In this document: positions 1-8,911 of the stretch, in pieces
How positions within the stretch are numbered: position 1 is the first letter of the stretch
Layout of the letters: every line of letters begins with the position of its first letter
NCBI GenBank assembly: GCA_963781585.1
Contig: CAWAGQ010000003.1
Span: 256,001-320,000, forward strand
Length of the DNA stretch: 64,000 nt
Direction of reading: 5' to 3'
Source: an uncultured Gemmatimonadaceae bacterium
GTDB lineage: Bacteria > Gemmatimonadota > Gemmatimonadetes > Gemmatimonadales > Gemmatimonadaceae
Notes under the pieces: generated by a model
The model's database searches: none
What the model was told of the DNA's origin: nothing
The model's input: only the letters and a program-made list of their open reading frames with translations
Translations under genes and position numbers: made by a program

Positions 1-294
1 AAACGCGCGGCGGAGCCGTTCGAGTACGCGCCGCGCCGGCACGAACGGAGGCAGCCCCGCAATCGCCACGGGCGCGCGCAGGACCGTATGCCGTACGGCG
101 TCTGTCAGTAGGCCTACGGAGGTCCGCACATCGGCCGGAGTGGTCGTGGAGTGCTCGAACAGCGACCAGGAGGCGGCCACATCCGCGGCGGCGGCGGTGA
201 GCGCGCGCCAACTGGAGGCGTGTACCTCCGCGGGAGCCGGCGTCGCCGTCCCCCGTTCACGCGAACCCGCGGTCTGCGTTACCTCCGCGCTCAC
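1..294 (-). CDS. 5' part of a protein running off the window edge (unknown function; downstream partner of the sigma-54 regulator)
   Basis: Not in the ORF track. GTG at 294 preceded by GGGGAGAGG; frame open to base 1 (MSAEVTQTAGSRERG...PARRVLERLRRAF); begins 58 bp after the regulator stop. Confidence 0.6.
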   Translation of the reverse strand, partial: MSAEVTQTAGSRERGTATPAPAEVHASSWRALTAAAADVAASWSLFEHSTTTPADVRTSVGLLTDAVRHTVLRAPVAIAGLPPFVPARRVLERLRRAF

Positions 295-352
295 GACCTC
301 TCCCCGGCTGGGTGCGGCGGACGGTCGCCCCGCGGACGACGTCCGGAACCCG

Positions 353-1879
353 TCACTCGTCTGTGGACCCGGCCATTTCATCGCGCCGGAATCCGTGCTT
401 CTCCATTAGCCGATACAGCGTCGTTCGATCGATACTGGCCAGTCGCGCGGCCTTTGACATGTTCGAGCCGGCTCGCGCTACGAGCTGGGACAGGTACTCC
501 CGCTCGAAATGGGTGATTAGCCGGTCCTTGGCGAGGTGAAACGGCTCGGTCATCACCCCCAGCGAGAGCCCGTTGGTCGGCGCCTCGACCGCGGCATCCT
601 CGTAGATGGGAACATCCTCTGCCTGTACAAGGTGTCCGGGCTCAGTGAGCACGGCAAGTTGCTCGATCACGTTCTGCAGCTCACGCACATTTCCGCGCCA
701 CGGGCGCGACCGCAGAAAATCGATTGCCGCGTCGGAGAGTTTGGGGGGCGGCTCGTTGCTCCCACGATGCCGCTCCCAGTACTGCGCCAGAAAATGCCCG
801 GTGAGCAACGGAATGTCCTCCTGCCGCCTGCGCAACGGCGGGAGATTGATCGGGACCACCCGCAGACGATACAGCAGGTCCTCGCGCAGCGTGCCTTTCA
901 CCACGCAGTCTTGCGGAAGCCTGTTGGTGGCCGAAATGAACCGCACGTCGACGACCGCATCTTCCTTCTCACTGCCTACCCGGCGGACCACCCCGTCCTG
1001 GATGACGCGAAGCAGCTTCGCCTGCAGGGGCAGCGACATCTCCGTCAGCTCGTCCAGAAAGAGCGTGCCGCCGTTGGCGATCTCCAGCAGGCCGGGCTTG
1101 TCGCGATCCGCCCCCGTGAACGCCCCCTTGCGGTGCCCAAACAGCTCCGACTCGAGGAGCCCTTCGGGTAGAGCGGCACAGTTGATGGGGACCATGGGAC
1201 GCGAGGCGCGGCGGCTATGCGCATGAATGAACTGCGCGATGACTTCCTTGCCGGTTCCGCTCTCCCCCATGATCATTACCGATGCGTCTGTGCTCGCCAC
1301 CTTGCGAGCCAGGTCGACGGCCTTGCGGAATGCCGGGGAAATGCCAAGCAGGGTGATCTTGTCGCTGTTTCCGGTCTGCTTGAGCAGCTGGACTTTCAGA
1401 TCGCGCGTTTCGCGCGCAACCATTACGGCGTGGGAAGCTCTCCCCACCAGGACCTGCAGATGTGTGGCCGAGAACGGCTTGGGCAGGTAGTCCCAGGCGC
1501 CAGCCCGCAGCGCTTCGATGCTCGTCGTCACGCTGGGATTCCCGGTCATCACAACGACGATGGTGTCTTTGTTGGCGGTAAGCGCGGCCTTGAGAATCTC
1601 CATTCCCGAGACCGGGGTCATGTACAAGTCTACCAGCACCACGTCGAAACGCCGGCGCCGCACCAGTTCCACCGCTTCATCGCCCCGACCCAGCGTGGTC
1701 ACGCTGTAGCCGTCCATCTGGAGCACGCTCGCGCACCCTTCGCGCAGCGTGCGGTCGTCATCGACGATGAGCAGACTCAGGCTCGCTTTCACCTCGGCCG
1801 AGATCGACAACGGGTCACGGGCGCCAGCCTCGCCACCTTCGTCCTGCGCTCCGTCACGCACTGCCCTGCCACTGGCCAT
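353..1879 (-). CDS. Sigma-54-dependent NtrC-family response regulator (REC-AAA+-Fis HTH)
   Basis: LLIVDDD receiver, GESGTGKE Walker A, ESELFGHRKGAFTGA, LFLDE, WRGNVRELQN, C-terminal AARLASIDRTTLYRLM; start set at MASGRAV (ATG 1879). Confidence 0.95.
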   Translation of the reverse strand: MASGRAVRDGAQDEGGEAGARDPLSISAEVKASLSLLIVDDDRTLREGCASVLQMDGYSVTTLGRGDEAVELVRRRRFDVVLVDLYMTPVSGMEILKAALTANKDTIVVVMTGNPSVTTSIEALRAGAWDYLPKPFSATHLQVLVGRASHAVMVARETRDLKVQLLKQTGNSDKITLLGISPAFRKAVDLARKVASTDASVMIMGESGTGKEVIAQFIHAHSRRASRPMVPINCAALPEGLLESELFGHRKGAFTGADRDKPGLLEIANGGTLFLDELTEMSLPLQAKLLRVIQDGVVRRVGSEKEDAVVDVRFISATNRLPQDCVVKGTLREDLLYRLRVVPINLPPLRRRQEDIPLLTGHFLAQYWERHRGSNEPPPKLSDAAIDFLRSRPWRGNVRELQNVIEQLAVLTEPGHLVQAEDVPIYEDAAVEAPTNGLSLGVMTEPFHLAKDRLITHFEREYLSQLVARAGSNMSKAARLASIDRTTLYRLMEKHGFRRDEMAGSTDE

Positions 1880-2011
1880 CGAGCACACTCCGTGAGCGAT
1901 GCGCGCTGCCGCGCCATCTTGTCTCCCGCCCGGGACGGCGTGCCACACGCAAGGCATGGCGGATGGCCGAACGGCGCGGCATCTACATGTGTCTGCAAGA
2001 CGATCAAGGGC

Positions 2012-2093
2012 TGCGGTCGTAAAGCTACAACGCGGCGATGCAGCTACATTGGATGTCAGTCCCAGCCAACATATCTGTGGCGTGACTACCACA
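2012..2093. promoter_or_regulatory. Four tandem 18-bp imperfect palindromes (YGY-N12-ACA), likely enhancer-binding-protein sites
   Basis: TGCGGTCGTAAAGCTACA 2012-2029, CGCGGCGATGCAGCTACA 2031-2048, TGTCAGTCCCAGCCAACA 2054-2071, TGTGGCGTGACTACCACA 2076-2093, in the divergent gap between regulator and wzc. Confidence 0.6.
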
Positions 2094-2122
2094 TATTCGC
2101 CGAAGCGATGATTGTGCATGTC

Positions 2123-2138
2123 AGGCATGGAAGTGGCA
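2123..2138 (+). promoter_or_regulatory. Candidate sigma-54 -24/-12 promoter for wzc
   Basis: AGGCATG-GAAG-TGGCA, exact GG-N10-GC spacing; a TATAAT also occurs at 2216-2221. Confidence 0.45.
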
Positions 2139-2262
2139 ACCACGTTCAGGCGGATACCAGCGGAACTTCGCAGACGCCGTGAGTTGTACGACATCCCGCC
2201 GCGCCCTTTACCAGCTATAATCGTCATGGTAGCGGCGCCTACCTGAGAGCTCTCAGCAACAC

Positions 2263-4704
2263 ATGTCCTCCAGTATTGTCCCCTCCGGTCTGCAGGCCGG
2301 CGTGCCCCAGCCATCCATGGCCGGAGGATTGACCGCGCCGTCCGGTGGTCAGCCGGACGACGCTGCCACCAATCTGGCGGAGCAGATCGGGCGCTCCTTC
2401 TCTGCGCTGAGGCGCTACAAGTGGCTGATGCTGGCCATCGTCGCCATTGGCACCAGCGTCGGTTACGCTCTTACCCGGATCGCAAAGCCAACGTACACGG
2501 TGGCGGCCACCATCTGGGTGAACCGATCCAACGGTGCGGCCGGTCCGATCTCCTCGCCCGGTCTCATCACGGACGCGCTCTCGTGGCCCGACCTTGCAAC
2601 GAGCTTCATCGTGCTCGACAACGTGGTCGCCAAACTCGCGCTCCACGTCGAACCCCACAACGTCGCCGACTCGGCGATCGTAAGGCACCTGCTCCCGTCA
2701 CCGTCGTTGCAGCCGGGGACGTACGACCTGACGCTGGGTGGAGACGGTAACGGGTACACTCTCATTCGTCGCGCCGTCGCGCGCGGCGAGACCGACACCG
2801 TCATCGAGCGCGGCGTGGTAGGTGATTCCATCGGCCGCAAGGTGGGATTCCTCTGGCAGCCGTCACGCGAACTGCTCGCCGGCCGTACCTCGGTCGCGTT
2901 CGACGTGATCACTCCGCGTGAAGCTTCGGCGAACCTCGCGCTGTCACTGCGGGTGACCCTGCCGCCTGGCAGCAACCTGATGCGGCTCCGCCTTTCCGGA
3001 AGCCAGTCGCCGGCCCTGCTGGCCAGCATCATGAATACTGAGGTGAACGAGTTCGTCAGCCAGGCGGGGAAGCTCAAGACCGAGAATCTCACGGTCATGG
3101 CCACGACGGTCGATGAGCAGCTCAAGCGTGCGTACGATTCCCTGCGCGCCGCTGAAGTGGCACTGGAGAGCTTCAAGGTCAATACGATCACGCTGCCCAG
3201 CGAGAACACGGTCGTGACGCCCGGCGTAGCGATGGCGACCAATCCGGTGATGACGCAGTTCTTCACAGACAACGTGCAGTACCATCAGCTGACCCGCGAC
3301 CGACAGGCGATGGAGAAGATCGTCGCCGACGCGGATGCCCACGGCGGGCGGCTGTCGATGGACGCCCTGTTGTCCCTTCCGTTGCTGATCCAGAAAGGCT
3401 CGCCGCTGCAGACCGAGGTGTCGAACCTGGAGACTCAGCAGGCACAGTTGCGGAATCTGCAGCGCACGTTCACAGACTCCATGCCGGATGTCCAGCGGAT
3501 GAAGAGCCGCATCAACGCAATGGAGACGCAGACGATCCCGGTGCTCGCCAGGCAGGCGTTGCAACAACTCGCCGACCAGGAAGGCGAAATGAAGCGCCGG
3601 ATCGACGGGCAGGCGTCGGAGTTGCGGGCGATTCCAACGCGCACGGTGGAGGAGGCGCGCCGCCAACGCGAGGTGGACGTGCGCGCCAACATCTATACGG
3701 ACCTGCAGCGGCGCTCGGTGGCGGCGGCGCTCGCAAAGTTGGGAGCGCTTCCCGATATCTCCGTTCTGGACCCGGCCGTCGCGCCCAGCCGGCCGAGCGC
3801 CGACACCAAGGCCAGGCTCTTTCTCGTCGCGATCGCGGCCAGCCTCGGCGTAGCCGTGGCGCTGGCGCTCCTTCTCGACCGTCTCGACAAGCGCTTCCGC
3901 TATCCGCATCAGGCAACGAGCGAGCTGGGCCTCGACATCGTCGGCGCCATTCCAACGCTCACGAACCCGCGAAACTCCGCGGCCCGGTTGCAGGAGGCGA
4001 CGCAGCTGGTCGAGTCGTTCCGGTCGTTGTCCCTCAGCCTGCGGAGTGCGTTTGACGGTACCGGCTCCATGCAGCTCACGGTCTCCAGTCCGGGGCCGGG
4101 AGACGGCAAGTCGTTCATTTCCGCAAACCTGTCGTCGGCGCTGGCCGATGGCGGATTCCGCACGCTGCTGATCGACGGGGACATCCGGCGGGGTGCCCTC
4201 CACAGCGTCTTCGCTCCGATGGTGCAGGTGCCGGGTCTCCTGGATTTTCTGGCTGGTGAGGCGACGCTCAGCGAGGTCATTCGGTCCACATCGCACAGCA
4301 ATCTCTTCGTCGTGCCGTGTGGCAAACGACGCCGGCATGGCCCAGAGCTGCTCGCGGGTCAGGGCATGACCGGGCTGATTCGTGACCTCGGCAACCAGTT
4401 TGACGCCATCATCGTCGATTCGGCGCCGCTGGGGGCCGGCATCGATCCGTTTGCGTTAGGCGTGGCCACCGGCGCGATGCTCATCGTGCTCCGCACCGGC
4501 GAGACCGATCGACGGCTTGCTCATTCCCGCCTGGAGGTGCTGGACCGCCTCCCGGTGCGCGTCCTGGGTACCGTACTGAACGACATCGGCGAGAACCCGC
4601 AATTCAAGTACTACTACTACCTCGAAGGGTACGGGTCGCTGGAGAGCGGTGCGGACCCCACCGAGCAGATCGGCGCCGGCAACGGCTCCTCGGGGCACCA
4701 GTAG
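2263..4704 (+). CDS. wzc: Polysaccharide co-polymerase / BY tyrosine kinase
   Basis: N-terminal TM, coiled periplasmic region, second TM, SPGPGDGKS Walker A, LIDGDIRR, IIVDSAP, C-terminal YYYYLEGY tyrosine cluster. Confidence 0.95.
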   Translation: MSSSIVPSGLQAGVPQPSMAGGLTAPSGGQPDDAATNLAEQIGRSFSALRRYKWLMLAIVAIGTSVGYALTRIAKPTYTVAATIWVNRSNGAAGPISSPGLITDALSWPDLATSFIVLDNVVAKLALHVEPHNVADSAIVRHLLPSPSLQPGTYDLTLGGDGNGYTLIRRAVARGETDTVIERGVVGDSIGRKVGFLWQPSRELLAGRTSVAFDVITPREASANLALSLRVTLPPGSNLMRLRLSGSQSPALLASIMNTEVNEFVSQAGKLKTENLTVMATTVDEQLKRAYDSLRAAEVALESFKVNTITLPSENTVVTPGVAMATNPVMTQFFTDNVQYHQLTRDRQAMEKIVADADAHGGRLSMDALLSLPLLIQKGSPLQTEVSNLETQQAQLRNLQRTFTDSMPDVQRMKSRINAMETQTIPVLARQALQQLADQEGEMKRRIDGQASELRAIPTRTVEEARRQREVDVRANIYTDLQRRSVAAALAKLGALPDISVLDPAVAPSRPSADTKARLFLVAIAASLGVAVALALLLDRLDKRFRYPHQATSELGLDIVGAIPTLTNPRNSAARLQEATQLVESFRSLSLSLRSAFDGTGSMQLTVSSPGPGDGKSFISANLSSALADGGFRTLLIDGDIRRGALHSVFAPMVQVPGLLDFLAGEATLSEVIRSTSHSNLFVVPCGKRRRHGPELLAGQGMTGLIRDLGNQFDAIIVDSAPLGAGIDPFALGVATGAMLIVLRTGETDRRLAHSRLEVLDRLPVRVLGTVLNDIGENPQFKYYYYLEGYGSLESGADPTEQIGAGNGSSGHQ

Positions 4705-4792
4705 CGCGCCAGCAGCCGTTCCGCGATGGTCGATGAAGCCTCCGGTGTCCTTCGGACGTCGGCGCACCCTGCGACCAGACCGTCCGCCGAAC

Positions 4793-5746
4793 CTACTGAA
4801 CAAAGCGGACTGGAACGTCTTCGAACGCGCTCACTCCGCGGACGTTCTCCGAGGCGCGGACGTGTCGCAGCGCAGCCTCCGCGCGAAGGAGCATCTCCAC
4901 CGCATCCACCGGCGAGGTCGCAAAGTCGGCAACGGCACAATACCCGGCGTGCACCTGAACGTGGTGCGACGCGGAGCCGTCGGTGAAACTGGCCGATTCG
5001 ATCGACTCGCGCAGCCGTTCAACGAGTCGAAGTGCTCCCCGGTCGTCGGTTGAGGGCGCGACAACCGCGAACTGCACGCCGTTGAGCCGACCGACCGCGT
5101 CGGACGACCGCGCCGTCCTTCGACACACGGTACTCAATTGCTCAGCCAACCCCCTGCCGAGGAAGTCCCCGTCAGTCCCGGCGGGCACGCTCAGCGTCGC
5201 CGGCGCAATGGCCACGCAGGCCAGGGGATAGTGGCGTCGTGCCGCCTCCGCCCCGATCTCCTTCGCGCGACGCGCCAGGCCCCGCACGTTGTACAGTCCA
5301 GTGGAAGCGTCCAGTAATCCGACCTCGCGCGACCGGTCGATCTCACGCTTTGCTCTCACGAACACCAGCAGCTTGAGGATGAGCGCATCCGCGTCGACGG
5401 GAAGACTGAGGTACTCCCACGCACCTGCCCGGTGGGCCTCGAGGCGACGTGCGCGCGCCGCCGGACCGGCAGTGGTAACGACAATCGGCGTGCTCGGCGA
5501 AAACTCGAGGTCCTGGCGCAGTTGGCGACACACGTCGATTCCGCCGATGTCGGGCAGACCATCATCGACGATAATGACATCCGGTTGGGTGCGCCGCACG
5601 AGCTCGAGGGCTTCACGCCCAGTGTACGCGCGAACTGACGCGAATCCGTGCGGTCCCAGCACGCTTTCGAGCGAGCGCGCGGACCACTCCTGATCATTCG
5701 CCAGGAGCACCAGTGGGGGCGCGGCTTCGCTTCGCGTGTCAGACAT
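4793..5746 (-). CDS. Receiver-domain protein with degenerate GGDEF domain
   Basis: REC (LLANDQEW, IIVDDGLPD), then DASTGLYN and AVGRLNGVQFAVV in place of RxGGDEF; start MSDTRSE. Confidence 0.85.
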   Translation of the reverse strand: MSDTRSEAAPPLVLLANDQEWSARSLESVLGPHGFASVRAYTGREALELVRRTQPDVIIVDDGLPDIGGIDVCRQLRQDLEFSPSTPIVVTTAGPAARARRLEAHRAGAWEYLSLPVDADALILKLLVFVRAKREIDRSREVGLLDASTGLYNVRGLARRAKEIGAEAARRHYPLACVAIAPATLSVPAGTDGDFLGRGLAEQLSTVCRRTARSSDAVGRLNGVQFAVVAPSTDDRGALRLVERLRESIESASFTDGSASHHVQVHAGYCAVADFATSPVDAVEMLLRAEAALRHVRASENVRGVSAFEDVPVRFVQ

Positions 5747-5924
5747 CTCGATCACTGCCTGGGAGCTGGAGTGGGCTGCGGGATACCCGTGGTCGCAGAA
5801 AATGGTGTTTGTGGACAGACCATGGCGTCCCCCATTGCATGAGTCATGCTCTTGGAACACTCTCATCTTTCGGTGTCACGCCCGGACTCGGAATTCGCCC
5901 GTTCTGTCGTCTCCCAACGAAGAG

Positions 5925-5942
5925 TGCGGCATCAACGCCACA
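5925..5942. promoter_or_regulatory. TGCGGC-N6-GCCACA palindromic box
   Basis: TGCGGCATCAACGCCACA, same family as the 2012-2093 boxes, in the divergent gap between REC-GGDEF and wza-like genes. Confidence 0.55.
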
Positions 5943-6311
5943 AGGGAGCCCACGGACGAAATGGGTTCGAACCAACCCCGCGACCCTTTCCTTTGGTACC
6001 GACCTGGACTGTAAGGCGTCATGACGTGAGGCACGCAGCCAGTGACCGCGATTGCCCGGGGCCGGGCCGGGGCCAATCATGCTCGCTGAATAGATGGGAC
6101 GTGTGGCATGGTTCCATCGTCCCTTGCAGAGAGTGCCACACGCCAGCCACAGCCGGGTTGGCGGAATGGCTTTCACTTGCTCGACACTTCCAGAAGCCGA
6201 TATCGCCACCCGCATCTGGCAGAATGATGACCACCATGGGTGTGGGACTTGCACGGCAACCGCAGGCGACGATCAGCGAGTGCGCCTTCCACGTCACAGA
6301 CCACCGATGCG

Positions 6312-7229
6312 ATGAAGCCTAGCCATTCCGTTCACTTCCGGGGCGTGCTTTCCGGCGTTACGCAGAGGGATTCGCGCAGCCACGCTGCATCGAATCCTGC
6401 GCCAGCGAACTCTGGCGGATGGGTGGGTGGGCGCCGAGGCTTCGTGCGTTGGGTTAGTCTGCTGGGCGCGCTGCTGGTGGCGGCCGCGCTCGTGACCGGC
6501 ACGCGGGTGTCGGCGCAGTCGTCGCTCGGAGAGTATCGTCGGCAGACCACGCGCGCCGACCTCGAGAAATCGGCGGAGGCGGAGGAGAACGCCGCAGCCG
6601 TTGCATCCGACCCGCGTCTTCGCGACCGGCTGCTGGCCGACGCCAACGACAAACGGCAGCGTCTGAAGAACGGCGATTTTCTGCCTGGCGACAGAATCTG
6701 GATTCAGATATACGCCGACTCCGTCGTTTCGGACACGTTCACCGTTCGCAACGACCGCATGCTTCGCCTTCCGCCGTTTCCCGACATCCCGTTGCAAGGA
6801 GTGCTCGACTCGGAGCTCAAGAGCCACTTGGTGCAGTCCCTCAAGGTCTACCTGAAAGGTGACGTGCAGGTGGACGCCACCGCGCTGGTGCAGCTGACCG
6901 TCCTGGGATCTGTTGGCCGTCCCGGTTTCCTGACGGTCCCTGTGGATACGCGGCTCACCGACGTCATCATGGGCGCCGGCGGGCCGGGGACGCAGGCCGA
7001 CCTCGATCGCACGATAGTGAAACGTGGCTCCCAGACCGTCGTGGACCAGAAGGGATTCCAGGATGCGATCCGTCTCGGGAAGACGGTAGGAGACGTCTCC
7101 ATTCGCGACGGAGATCAGATTGTGGTGCCAGACCAGGCGTCGCGGTTTTCCGTCAAGCAGGTGGTGGGTTTCATCGGCGGCCTCGGCGGGCTCTTCTGGG
7201 TCTTCCGCTACGGCATCCGGCGGCGCTGA
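6312..7229 (+). CDS. Polysaccharide export protein, SLBB domain (Wza-like)
   Basis: Signal-like hydrophobic stretch, FLPGDRI, VLGSVGRPG, IRDGDQIVVP, C-terminal amphipathic/TM helix; start uncertain. Confidence 0.8.
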   Translation: MKPSHSVHFRGVLSGVTQRDSRSHAASNPAPANSGGWVGGRRGFVRWVSLLGALLVAAALVTGTRVSAQSSLGEYRRQTTRADLEKSAEAEENAAAVASDPRLRDRLLADANDKRQRLKNGDFLPGDRIWIQIYADSVVSDTFTVRNDRMLRLPPFPDIPLQGVLDSELKSHLVQSLKVYLKGDVQVDATALVQLTVLGSVGRPGFLTVPVDTRLTDVIMGAGGPGTQADLDRTIVKRGSQTVVDQKGFQDAIRLGKTVGDVSIRDGDQIVVPDQASRFSVKQVVGFIGGLGGLFWVFRYGIRRR

Positions 7230-7234
7230 CATAA

Positions 7235-8077
7235 ATGGAAGAGCCGACGCGAGACACCCGGGAATCGTCGATACCGATCGTCGATTCGAGAAACGCGCGC
7301 ATTTCCACGCCGCAGCGTCGCTTCGGCCGCATCGACAGTCCCGATTCGCCGATCTCCCGCGACACGGCGCGCGCTCGTGAAGTGGTGCGTGCGGCCGATC
7401 GCAAGCTCTCGATCCGCGAAGTCGTTCCGCGCGACCAGTCTGAGTTGCTGAGCCGGGCGCTGAACTGCGCGGCCGCGTCCATCGGACTCCTGATCGCGCT
7501 GCCGTTTTGCGTCTTGATCGCCATCCTCATCAAGGCGACCTCCCGCGGCCCGATTCTCTACGCACAGACACGGGTCGGGCGCGACCGCCGTTGGCGCGCC
7601 ACGCTGGCCCTTCACGAGCGCCGCGCGGAGGACCTCGGCGGACAGGTCTTCACTATCTACAAGTTCCGCACGATGCGTGTGGACGCGGAGCGGTATTCGG
7701 GCGCCGTGTGGGCACGGGAAAACGATCCACGAGTTTCCAGCCTCGGCCGGTACCTGCGAATCCTCCGGCTCGACGAGCTGCCGCAGTTGTGGAACGTCAT
7801 TCGTGGCGACATGAACATGGTCGGTCCGCGCCCGGAGCGACCCAGCATCGTGGCCAGGCTTCGCGAAATAATCCCCGAGTATCGATTCCGGCACCGCGTG
7901 AAGCCCGGACTTACCGGCCTGGCGCAGATCAACCAGAACTACGACGCCAACCTCGAGGACGTTCGAACGAAGGTGCGGTGGGACCTGAAGTACATCAGCG
8001 AGCGCACGGCGTGGCTGGACCTCAAGATCATGTTCAGGACGGTGCCCGCGATCATTCTCAAGTATCGGGGCTGGTAA
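7235..8077 (+). CDS. Priming sugar transferase (undecaprenyl-phosphate phosphoglycosyl transferase)
   Basis: YKFRTM, DPRV, RLDELPQLWNVIRGDMNMVGPRPE, VKPGLTGLAQI, DLKY. Confidence 0.95.
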   Translation: MEEPTRDTRESSIPIVDSRNARISTPQRRFGRIDSPDSPISRDTARAREVVRAADRKLSIREVVPRDQSELLSRALNCAAASIGLLIALPFCVLIAILIKATSRGPILYAQTRVGRDRRWRATLALHERRAEDLGGQVFTIYKFRTMRVDAERYSGAVWARENDPRVSSLGRYLRILRLDELPQLWNVIRGDMNMVGPRPERPSIVARLREIIPEYRFRHRVKPGLTGLAQINQNYDANLEDVRTKVRWDLKYISERTAWLDLKIMFRTVPAIILKYRGW

Positions 8078-8158
8078 CCTTCCGCCCCGGCGGCTTCTTC
8101 AGCCTCTTCACCCTTTCGGATTTCTCCGTGGAGCCGGGTGCGCGCTGGCAGGGCGTTC

Positions 8159-8452
8159 CTATCGAAAGGCCATCCGGTTGTACACGCCGCCGATCACCCG
8201 TCCCAGCGCGTAGCCCACCACGAACGCGTAGACGAATCCCACGAAGGCGCCGAACCAGGTGACGCGGTACCCCGGGAAGAACGCGGACAACAGGACAAGA
8301 TGTCGTCCCACCGTCGGGCCACCCTTGATCACCAGAAAGACCGTGGCGAGGAAGAGCGCGCCTCCCAGCAGCAGGCCAAACGCAATGCCCCAGGCGCGCG
8401 CATTGAGTCGCAGCACCGCCATCTGGGCAGAAGCTTCAGGCGTCTTGGGCAT
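8159..8452 (-). CDS. Small membrane protein (paralog of 8471-8911)
   Basis: 97 aa, hydrophobic, LLSAFFPGYRVTWFGAFVGFVYAFVVG. Confidence 0.75.
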   Translation of the reverse strand: MPKTPEASAQMAVLRLNARAWGIAFGLLLGGALFLATVFLVIKGGPTVGRHLVLLSAFFPGYRVTWFGAFVGFVYAFVVGYALGRVIGGVYNRMAFR

Positions 8453-8470
8453 GGAACTCGTCCGCTCCCG

Positions 8471-8911
8471 TCAGATGTGGTCGAGGAATTCCTTCGTTTC
8501 GGCAAGCTCGGCGCGCGTGCGCAGGAAGAACGCGGTAACGGCCAGCGCCAGGTTCCGGCAGAATGCGCCGAACCAGCCGCCCACGAAACCCACAACGAAT
8601 CCCCATCCCGTGCCCACCACGACGCCGGTCCACGAGCGGTCGTATCCGGCGAAGTACTCGCGCAGGAGGAAAACCGGGAACGATCTGGCGGACGGTATCG
8701 TGAGCACGCCGACGGTAAGGAGCGCCATGAAGAGCGCGCCGGCCACCCCGGTGGCCAATCCGAACGCACGCTTGTGCAACGGAGCGAACGCGTACAGGAG
8801 CGTCGGCATGAGCGCCTCGGCCGGCTCCTGGGTGGGCGTGCTCCGGACACCAGAGGGCCGCTGCACGCCCGCGGCCGAATAGCTCACTCCATTCCCTCGA
8901 CGCACTGTCAT
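8471..8911 (-). CDS. Small membrane protein (paralog of 8159-8452)
   Basis: LLREYFAGYDRSWTGVVVGTGWGFVVG; start overlaps the upstream GT2 stop. Confidence 0.75.
   Translation of the reverse strand: MTVRRGNGVSYSAAGVQRPSGVRSTPTQEPAEALMPTLLYAFAPLHKRAFGLATGVAGALFMALLTVGVLTIPSARSFPVFLLREYFAGYDRSWTGVVVGTGWGFVVGFVGGWFGAFCRNLALAVTAFFLRTRAELAETKEFLDHI

Noticed and set aside
2012..2093. CRISPR or iteron array
   Set aside because: Units are degenerate palindromes with 1-5 bp gaps, no spacers and no cas or rep gene
6120..6185. Sigma-54 promoters TGGCACTCTCTGCA (minus) and TGGCTTTCACTTGC (plus)
   Set aside because: GG-to-GC spacing is 8 and 9 nt, not the required 10
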